DNA of 64,000 bases from Paragordius varius (lineage: Eukaryota; Animalia; Nematomorpha). The stretch lies in NCBI GenBank assembly GCA_964247055.1, contig OZ176051.1, forward strand, positions 7,130,001 through 7,194,000, written 5' to 3'. The notes under the pieces are model-generated. The model had not been told where the DNA came from, did no database searches, and saw only the letters and a program-made list of their open reading frames with translations. Of the stretch, positions 24,201 to 34,329 are shown piece after piece; the first letter of the stretch is position 1, and each line of letters starts with the position of its first letter. Made by a program: the position numbers and the translations under genes.

Positions 24201-25760
24201 CTTATAGACTTAATTACGATACATATGAATCTAGCACATTGTCAAATAGATACTAATTTTGACATAAATGATCTTTCATCTATTTTTTGTAAACCTGGCC
24301 CTATAGACGAAATCAATTTAGATTACTGTGTTAGGGTCTATGAAGCACCCATAATACAAACTAATGGGTCGCGCACCAATGGGATGGAAATGTTTTTGGG
24401 GTGTCCGTCACCAAACGAACTTAATGAGTGGCTAAGGGATATAACGGCATCTATAATATGTGCCAAAGAAATGGAAAAGATTGGTTTGCAAAAAGAACAT
24501 GATTTTGGAATCGCAAAAGAAATGTCAGATTTGGTGGTATACACTAAACCTGTCCCATTTTCTTTACAAGTTAAAAGAAAATATTATGAAATATCATCAC
24601 TTTCAGAAATTAAAGCGGAATCTCTCACGGCAAGTGTTTCCGGGAAAAATTGTTCCAATTATAATTCGACTAAAAAAGAAAAAAGAGAAAAGAATAATAG
24701 CAAAGGTCATTTATCACTTAATCACCAATCTCTCAGTTTAAATGATTCCAATATAAATATTTTAACCAAAAAGAAGAAAACACCAAAACCTCCCTGCAAA
24801 GCCACCATGTCTAACCCATTAACCCACTTAGATGTTGATACAATTAATAACAATTTACAAAATGGAGATCATAAAACTATTCCATGTAACACTAACACGA
24901 TACACAAACGAAATGCCCGATTTGCATTATATCACGATCAACATCTAACTCGCATATATCCGAAGGCTCAACGCATTGATTCATCTAATTTTAATCCTAT
25001 CCAATTTTGGATGCATGGGTGTCAATTGGTAGCTTTGAACTTCCAAAACCCTGATATACCTATGCAGATTAATCAAGGATTTTTTAAACAAAATGGAGGG
25101 TGTGGTTATGTCCTTAAGCCCGAATACATGCGCCAAAACTCTCTTTTTGATCCTTACGAAAAAAATAATTCCTTATTTAATCCCATTCGCTTATCCCTTA
25201 CAATAATTTGTGGAAATCATTTATCATCGGCTGATGTTATTGATAAAACTTTATTTTCCACCACTTTCCTAAAAAACAAATGGCTGCATTTAACTAATAA
25301 TACTACGCATTTAGTCAAATCCACGATCTCAAAATCTCGTTGGAAGATTAATAAAATGTTCCGCAAATTCAATAATAATAATGGTAATTTTGAGTGTGAT
25401 GTTACTCAAAAATTATCAGGTGGTCAATATTGTCCTTATGTCGAAGTAGAAATATATGGTTCGCCGTTTGATGCGCATCGCACTAAAACATGCATTTGTG
25501 CTGATAATACTTTTTTTCCTTTTTGGAATGAAAAAGTTTTTGATGCAATTAACATTTATAACCCCGAAATGTGTGTTATCAGATTTTCCGCTCATTTTTT
25601 GGACGATTTTGGAGACATGCATTTTATTGGTCAAAATTGCCTACCAGTTGGAAAAAATTTGCTCAAAACCGGTTTAAGGAATGTTCCTTTAAAAAATGAA
25701 TTTGGAAATGCAAAAGATTTATCTAGCATTCTTGTATATATTGAATATTCACCTACGTGA
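21291..25760 (+). CDS. PLCG: Phospholipase C-gamma, 1489 aa, single coding exon
   Basis: Full domain order: PH ([11 protein letters not shown]), X box ([41 protein letters not shown]), nSH2 ([15 protein letters not shown]..HCRI), cSH2 (GAFLLR..IKHCRI), SH3 ([18 protein letters not shown]..GWFP), Y box ([36 protein letters not shown]) and C2 ([20 protein letters not shown]). AATAAA at 25802. Confidence 0.98.
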   Translation: [1489 protein letters not shown]

Positions 25761-26116
25761 TATAGCTATAATTTTATATCTAATATAATTGTTATATAAC
25801 AAATAAATATTTTACTGTATTTTAGGTTATAATTATTTTATACTATTAAGCATGTTGTAGGCAGTAAAAATTTGCTCCTTGCTTAAATAAATATATGTAT
25901 TGGTAATAACATAGCCCATGAAGTCAAGATTTAAATCAATTTAATCACTTATTTACCCATTACTTTTTGAAAATTTACAATCAGCTTCGAAAATATAAAT
26001 AATAATGAAAAGTTTTTTACAGAGGCATCATTTAGGCACTATTCACTAAATAAACTATAACCTAGTTTAACCTTAATTGAAAATATTTTATTCTTAATAT
26101 AATTTCTCTTTTAAGG

Positions 26117-26450
26117 CAGTGGCGTTCCGAGCATTTGCGGCGCCCGGGGCATAAAACTTTTATGGCGCCCCTCCCCCCCTTTTTTAAAAGCCAATAAAAC
26201 AATTTAGTAAAAAAAATACAAACGTTAACCTAAACACCAATATAAATTTTAAATCTATTAAATATACATATTTATATGATACTAAATATATTCAATGGTA
26301 CTAATTAGGTGAGTAATAGAGTATATATTATAGGGATTATTAACTAAATTGCTGAAAAATCTCATTTGAAAAATCTTATTATTTTTACATGTTAATTTCA
26401 AAAAATCTTTTAGGCGCCCCTAAATAACGGCGCCCGGGGGTACGCCCCTG
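26117..26450. mobile_element. hAT-type MITE, 334 bp
   Basis: TIRs CAGTGGCGTT / TACGCCCCTG. Perfect 8-bp TSD TTTTAAGG at 26109-26116 and 26451-26458. Internal GGCGCCC motifs at both ends. Confidence 0.92.
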
Positions 26451-26869
26451 TTTTAAGGATAATACAAGTGGACTCATAAACAATAAGAAAATACGAATCC
26501 TCTGAAATTAATGCACAGTGTTGAAAATTTCGGCCCCAAAAATGAAATTATAAAAATTGGGTCACAAAAAGCTATAATAAAAATTTTTTTGATACATGTT
26601 TTATCCCAAAAAAAAGTATTACTAAAATTTATCATAAACTACAATAAAAACAACAATATTTAATTAAATTTTCCTTTTTAGATGGCTCCGAAAGTTCCAT
26701 TTTTCTAAAATGGGCCAGTTCTCTAGAATGCGCGATAAACAAATTTATTAATTTTGGTTTTAACTAAAAATATAAAGTGCATACTTTTTTCAAAATTTAA
26801 AATAAATTAAATTTTGTTGAAGCGGAATTTATACTATTTCACTGCGTCCAAAATCGGGGGTATAAAAAA

Positions 26870-28508
26870 TAACCTTGAAAAATCTATATTCTGATAGGGA
26901 CTATCAGGATTATTATGCTTATGAGGGATGTAAGAAAGTTATTCACACTTTTTTAGTAGGTGGTCCATATAAGAAAATGACAAAATTTGCGCATATTTTT
27001 TAATAGATTTTTTTTGTAAAAGTTAAACGCTTTATTCCAAAACCTAAATGTAATATGAAATACCTATAAAAAGCAAAATAATATCTTTATAAAATTTTAA
27101 TTTTTAGATGTAGACTCGTGATAAAATGGGCTAGTTCTCTTAAAAAACATAAAAATGGATTGCGCGATAAATTTTAATATATACTATATTTTGAAATCAA
27201 AAAATAAATTTTTTTTGAACATGCATACTTTTTACAAAAATGGTATTTTTAGCAAAATTTAGTTGAAGCTTACTTCATTCTATTTTATATATGATGAAAC
27301 GGTATAAAAACGTTCGTATATTCAATTTCCTATATAATACGATGATGCTGAACATTTCTACCGCTTTAGTTTAATTTAAGGGTTCGTTTACTCGCTAAAT
27401 TTTTTTAAAAAAATATTTATATTTAAACATAAAGTTGAAGACGAACGAATATTTTAATTAACACTTGGGTACAACACATTCATTTCAGTCCTTCGTTTAA
27501 AATTGGGGTAGTTGGATACCCCAGGTCTCTTTAAAATTAAATTCTTTAAAAAATTTGGACCATGGCAAAATTTTGCACTTATATAACATTAATAAACGGA
27601 AATATTGATATCACTTATTTTAAGCTAAATCAAAAAGGTAAAAATTTCGTCATCGTGACATGTTTGAAATGGTAAAATTAAAAATAAAACAAAATAACCC
27701 GCTTCTATTTCTCTCAATGTTAGATGTAGTTTAATTAAAAAATTAGCTTTAATACTCTTAAAATTAAATGAAGACGATATGCAAAAATTTTGTAAAATAA
27801 AAATGGCGTCGAAGTAGTTTGACATGGAACTTTTTTCAAAATAAAATTTATTTTTTGGCATATTTATATAATTTATATAAGGATAGAAGCATAAATTTAA
27901 ATTGGGACCGTTTTTCTCAGTAGTTTTTTAAAAATTCTAACTTAAATTTAATCTGGGATATTTAGTTACCCCAATTTAAATCGAAGTGTTAAAATTCTGA
28001 GGTGATAAAGATGTCCAGTCACATGGTTTATAGCTGTTTTTTTATAATATCTTAAAGCGTTTTTATACCGTTTCCATCATGCATCCACCTAGTAAGAAAT
28101 ACGCTTCCACAATTTTTCTATTTATGAAAAAGTTATGCTTTTATATATATATATTTATTTTGGGCAATCTCGGCATTTTTGCCTTTATTTTAAGAGACTA
28201 GATCATTATAAATCGCAAAACAATTTGGGACCGGAGCCCACATCTAAAAATTATTTTAAAATATTGTTTTGCTTTTATATGTAGTTTATGATGCGTTTTT
28301 AGTGATATTATTTGGGATTAAGTATTTAGCTACCAAAAAATTTTATTAAAAAAATCTGCGCAAATTTTATCATTTTCTATGGAACGACAAAAGTGTAATT
28401 AACTTTCTGATATCACTCAGGGCTAAAACCAAAAGCACCATGATAATCCTGATACATTATCCTATCAAAATATATATATTTCAACAGGTCTATTTTTGTG
28501 GACACTGT
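26870..28508. mobile_element. Family D palindromic element, copy 2, interrupted at its centre by MITE E
   Basis: GATGAAACGGTATAAAAACG (27292) is inverted with GCGTTTTTATACCGTTTCCATCATG (28057). The outer arms match copy 1. Confidence 0.8.
27462..27988. mobile_element. piggyBac-like MITE (family E), 527 bp
   Basis: TTAA-CACTT...AAGTG-TTAA ends. Subterminal inverted repeats CTTCGTTTAAAATTGGGGTA / TTACCCCAATTTAAATCGAAG. The equivalent site in D copy 1 (~19396, TTAAAATTCTGA) has a single TTAA. A second copy lies inverted at 51547-52114. Confidence 0.85.
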
Positions 28509-29022
28509 GTTTCGAGGCTTGATCGAAATGGTATAAAAACGCTTTAAGATATTATAAAAACACTTAATTTATATTTACTATGATGCTAAACATTTCTCTC
28601 GCTTGAGAATTTAAATTGTAAGGTTCGTTACTTTTATTTTAGTGAATTTTAACACAAATTAAATTTGAAGACGAACGTATTATAAATCAAATATCTGAAA
28701 TGATATTGTTCAGGGTCAATAAAATTATAAAAAAAGTGGTTTATAATACCTTAAAGGATTTTTATACCGTTTCCATCATGCTGTATAATAGGATAAAATA
28801 AACCTCAACCAAATCAAGCCGTTTATTATGAGTATAGCCCATTTTAGAAAGGCAAAATTTGGTACTTTGGGAACCCGCCTAAAAAACTAATATTTTTTGA
28901 ATATTGTTTTGTTTTTTATGTAGTTTATGATATATTTAATAATAAATTTTAAAGAAGCTTTTAACTTACGAAAATATACAAATAGTTGGCAAATTTTGCC
29001 ATTTTATTGTATGGAGTATATA

Positions 29023-31349
29023 TGAGGTGACCAGATTTTTTGAAGAAAAAAGCGGGACAGATCTGAGAAAATGGGGAGGGGGGGGGGTTAGACTTAAAAA
29101 TTTTCTTACAAAAAATTTATTTTAATATTTATTTATTAACACAAATAGATTATAAATATAAAAAAATATTTTATTCTTTGGTGTATATTTTTATTTGAAT
29201 GAATGCTTTTTAGCAGATTGTCATCATTTTTTAAAATATTGTATAAGTCTACACAAGAATTTGTCGAATTATATTTGACAGATAAAATGGCCTTTAAAAT
29301 TTCAACATTTAAATTTGATTTTTCCGATATCCACATCTGATTTACTGTGAAAATAAAGAGCTCAGTAGCAGCGTTGGTTCCAGGTAAAGATATTGCAAAT
29401 ACAATTTTAAAATAATATTGTATGGAACATAGTTTGTTTCAAAATAATGTAATATTTCTAACCAGTTTTTTCTACTGTATTTTTTTCTGTTGACCATAAT
29501 TTAAGTTTTCATTATTAATATATTTTTATTTATTGATACCTCGGGAAGATCATTATTTAAAAGATTACTTTTTGGGACTTTTTGGGAGATGCAGATGTAA
29601 TTAAATGATTTTTCAACATCAACCAATTAAATTCTGGTTTTAATGCTATCTAATGAAAATGATCAATTTCATTGAATTGTACCGTTCAGTCTTCCAAATA
29701 ATCTTTACAGTTTGTATAAAACATTTTTATATGGTACAGGGTAACTTGACGATATTAAATTTTTTATAATATTGCGGATGGTTAATGGTATAAAATTATT
29801 TTCTACCTTTCTTGACATTGAAATTTTTAATTAATACCTTCATTGACTACTTCGATTGCCGAAATTTTGTCATATCAATTTAATAACATTTTGAAAAACA
29901 AAAGCTTGATTATGTAGGAACTCTAACCATATTTTTGAAAAATCACTTTCAAAAAACTTTTCCAAAGTTGTAGGACATTTGTCCTGTAATAAAAAAGGAT
30001 TTTAAATAATCATACATTTTTAAAATTCTTTCGATATCTGGCAGAAGAGCTAACCAACGAGTTTTACAATATCCCAGCATTTTTTGATATTGAACCTCTA
30101 CATTTTCACACTTAAGCGTTTCAACGCGTACCGTGTATATATATAAAAAGGGAATATATTTTAACAACTACATTCTCCACATCTAAGGGTAACAAATCAG
30201 GAGTTGTTTGAATAGCGTTGTGTATTTTATGCGCTGCACATCCAACGCCAAATGTTTCGATTAAGATTATCTGCTAATTTATGAAAAATATTTTTTGTTC
30301 TCCTCCTTGCTTTTCCTCCGAAGTTCGTATTGGTGTGTCAGAGCAATATGCGATGATTTTGTCTTTTAAATTATTATTTTTTAGAATATTCATTATTGAA
30401 GTAAAAATTAACTCGTTTTCACCGGGTAGAGAAATAAAATCTAAAATTTTAATTTTTACTCCGGTTTCTGGATCAAAATTATTAAAGTGGGAAATAATTT
30501 AGTTTCCTTGAGAAATGCATCAGAGAATAGCGAAATTAATTTTTAGCAAATCTTTTTGTATTTCAGAAAATGCATATGGCGAAAGGACATGGAATACAAT
30601 AGATTCAGCCTTTGTACGGGACATGTAAATTTTATTGAATAAGGTACGAATAACCTGTGAGGTACAATCCATAGATCTAAAGGATTGATTGTGATTAACG
30701 GCGTGAAAAGATAAAACGCTTTCGGCTAGAATTCTTTTCTTCCTCTCCAAAGGGGTCTTTCAGTAAAAATCGCTCATTTTGTAAGATGATGCCGGGATAT
30801 CTTAACATTTATTATGTTTTTGTGTTTTATGCTTTGTAATATCATGCTTGCCGCCATATGCTAGAGTGGGATTCATTCTTGGTTTTTTTGTAAAAGAAAA
30901 TTCTTTCATTAATTCATCGTTGAATTTACAACCTCTTGTACACATATTTTTAAAATAATATTAGTATAAAAAAATATTATATTACTTCAATTTTCTGAGT
31001 AAACGTATAAGCTACCGATTTGTGGTATTAATTTGTCTTTTTGATAATGTTGGCAGTAGGAGTAGGAAGCTAAGTTTATAATCATATGATGTAAATTCGA
31101 AAAAAATAAATATTTTTTATTTAAAAATAAAAAATGTTAATTTGTAATTGATATATATTTTAAAGATAACTAATGATAAAATATTTAAACGGATAAAAAT
31201 AATTTTTTTTTAAAAATTTAAATGCATTTAAAAGAATTTTTTTTATATAATCGTGAAAAAGCGGGACATTTCAAAAACGTAGCGGGACGCGGGACAAAAT
31301 GTCAAAAAGCGGGACTGTCCCGCCAAAAGCGGGACGTCTGGTCACCTTA
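29023..31349 (-). mobile_element. hAT DNA transposon (Blackjack-like ends), 2327 bp, non-autonomous
   Basis: TIRs TGAGGTGACCAGA / TCTGGTCACCTTA. Perfect 8-bp TSD AGTATATA (29015-29022 and 31350-31357). GCGGGAC subterminal motifs clustered at 31261-31335, with one at 29052. Confidence 0.95.
29160..30945 (-). pseudogene. hAT transposase pseudogene
   Basis: Fragments MCTRGCKFNDELMKEF..GGKHDITKH (BED-like), FHAVNHNQSFRSMDC..RTKAE, KTRWLALLPDIERIL, LPGTNAATE and LNVEILKAILSVKYN (dimerisation domain). Broken by stops and frameshifts. Confidence 0.92.
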
Positions 31350-31809
31350 AGTATATACCACAAAAGATACACAGCTTTTTTATATTTCTATGGCCAAAAC
31401 CAAAAATAATACTGATATATTTTCATAAAATATATCTTCAGCAGGATATTTTTTTGTACTCTGGGTATATTCGGTACTTTATATGTATCAGGAAAATTTT
31501 GGCTGGCGCATTTTTATGTGTAAAATACGCCATCAAATAAAATTGTGTGCACATTTCTGAGTTTTATGTAGTGTTTTCTCATACTTTTATTTACAAATGG
31601 GATTAAAAATGAATTATCCATTTTTTTATTTATTGAAGATTTCTCATTATCCCATAATAATAAAACAGAATATATTTATTAAAAATCTTAAAATCCAATC
31701 GTTTTTCAATAGTAAGTTTAGGGGACAGTTTTAATATGACTAATTTTATGTATTATTTTACATAGATTGGGGTCTAACCCCGTAAAAGAATGGTTAAAGA
31801 AAACTTTTA

Positions 31810-33044
31810 ATGATATATGGTAAGTTGTGTTAATTTTAATTACATTTCCTCTATTAATAAGAAAATTAGTTTTTAATTATCGGTGAGATAGGCAACAGCA
31901 TGACACTTTAGTTCAAAATAAAAATCAGGGCGCGTTCCTTTAGAAAATTTTTAAAAAAAGTTCAGGATTTTATAATGTAATCACATTATTTTTTATTCAT
32001 ATTTAAACAGCATTCGTAGCACAATATGATATAATAATGTGGGTTTTACCTTGATGCGAAATTAAAAATAAATTAATGGTTAATTTAATTTTAAATTCAG
32101 GGTGTACAGACTTTCGATAATTGTTGTGATACTTTAAAATTGGGCAGTCTTTTTTGTAAAGATGTTGCCATAATTATGCAAGAAAGGTATTTATTTTTTA
32201 ATAATTTTTTAATGAATTATAATATTTTATTTAATGTTTATTAGATCGCAACTTGAGATTCAATATGCTAGAAGTTTGTCTAAGATATCCCTTAAGCTGA
32301 TAAAATTAGCCGAAACGCAAAGTCAATCCTTGAATAACAAACTTAATGAAGATGCCGAAAAAGAATCAAATAAAGAAAAGCCTAAAGCAAATTTTCTTGA
32401 TATTAAAATAAAAAAATCGGCTAAAGGCAAAGAAAAAAATGGGATCATAAATATTCAACGGTATATTTTGAAATCTTAATTATAAAATAATTATTTATTC
32501 AATTGAATATCATGTTTATTTTATTGCAGCCTAATTATAGAGTAAGTTTATTTATGATGAATTATTATTTTAACCCTTAAGCGATTATATCAAGTCACAT
32601 TTGTATTGTATATTTCAAATTTCACACCCATTTGCTATATAGTTATAAGGTAAAAAGGACTAAAAATACTTGGACATTATTTTTATCTCCATCTATTTTT
32701 CTTTAAATATTATATTAAAACATAAAAATATTTTCATTAAATATAATTTTGACATATAATAGTAGATATTTCAAATATCTTATGATTTGTGGCGTGTGTG
32801 TTAAACACAAATATCTCACCTACATTTGTATCCCAATTAACATCATTTAACTTTTCGCATATAACTTAATTTTTATTTTAAAACACTTGAGTTTACTGTT
32901 ATTTTTGCGCAGTAAACTATTATTGATTATCTAAATCTTAGTTAGAATTTTTTAGAAAATAATTGTGAAAAAAATTGTTTTAATTACCATTAAATAATTT
33001 TATTTTTGATTGCTAAAAAAAGTTTAATAATTATTTAAGTAAAA

Positions 33045-33080
<36 letters not shown>

Positions 33081-34290
33081 GTTTCGATTATAATTTTCTC
33101 TTTATTGATAAAATACAAATACACTTAATAATTGGCAAATCAAATATAAAAGATATACGTTTTTTTATCAAAAAGGTCACGTTATTGAATTATATCAAAA
33201 CATACAAGGGTGTTTTAACAATTATAGATGATTAATTTACCCAAGTTTAACAAAATTATGTTTTTAATCTATAAATACAACGATAATAATATACTTCATT
33301 TTAGAAAAATATACATCTACTATAGGGATAGAGAGTATTTTTATTTTTGTGGACGTTTTTTTTACTATGATCGAAACCGGTAATGTTTTTACTATTTCAA
33401 TTTCAAAATCCAAAAGATAATTAAAATTTAATTTGTTTAAATAATAGAATACATAAATATTGTAAAATAATTTTTTATTACTGTTTCGATGCTAGTAAAT
33501 CCAAAAAAATAATTATTTAAATATTTTTCGCAACTGATTCGGTTAAATTATTTGGAACGGTTTTTGAAACTTTTTTGGTTATATAAAAGCTAAACAATAA
33601 TTTATTTACCTAAAAATGTGTAAGATTAAAAATAATATATAAAGTCTATTAATTCTCATATCGATAATTTAGGAATTAATAAACCAAATTAAATTGTAAT
33701 ATATATTTCATATGTTAAAAACAAATTTCTTTTTATAAAAAATCATTTATGGCCGCACAAATGAGTCAAATTTATTTTTTTATGATTTGCGCATTATTAG
33801 CATCTTAATTTTCTTTAATTTTTGAATTGAAAACCTGTTAAATAAAATTATTTATCATTGACAATTATACTAGAGATTCAATTTTCGGGGCATGGGAAAT
33901 CATTGGTCAAGAGATGGAACAAGAATCCTGTTTACATAGGTCATTTACACATTATATATAGTTTACCCATCTATAAATTTTTATGCACTTTTCGAATTCA
34001 AAGTTAGGATAAGTTAATGATAAATTAGATAAAAACGATTGTCCGAATATAAGAGAATCCGATTATTTTTGGAAAAAAGAGGAATTTCTTTGTAGGATTA
34101 ATCAAAAATTACATATTAAGTGCTTTTTCTATCATGGATATTTAATATATGTATAAAATTATCTACTGATATTTAATTAGTAATTATTCAATTATCCACA
34201 GGGATATTGGAATCGCTTTGGACGAGGATATTATTAAACCTTTGACGACTGTTTCCAAATTGCATTCAGACATACGCAAAAATGTAATAC

Positions 34291-34329
<39 letters not shown>

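Larger units (their letters stand above)
28520..31464. mobile_element. Family D copy 3, split by the hAT insertion
   Basis: D sequence AAATTTTGCCATTTT...GGAGTATA stops at 29022 and resumes at 31350 (TATACCACAAAAG...GGCCAAAACCAAAA), colinear with 19750-19880. Confidence 0.8.

Noticed and set aside
22121-25677. Antisense and alternate-frame ORFs overlapping PLC-gamma
   Set aside because: Shadows of the real coding sequence with no recognisable motifs.
27625-27861. Duplicated small protein gene (similar ORFs at 27625-27861 and 51720-51929)
   Set aside because: Both lie inside copies of MITE E, and their lengths and frames are not conserved.
33230-33250. Resemblance to nematode SL1 (TTAATTTACCCAAGTTT)
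   Set aside because: A partial match in AT-rich intron DNA with no AG|GT donor or SL RNA structure.
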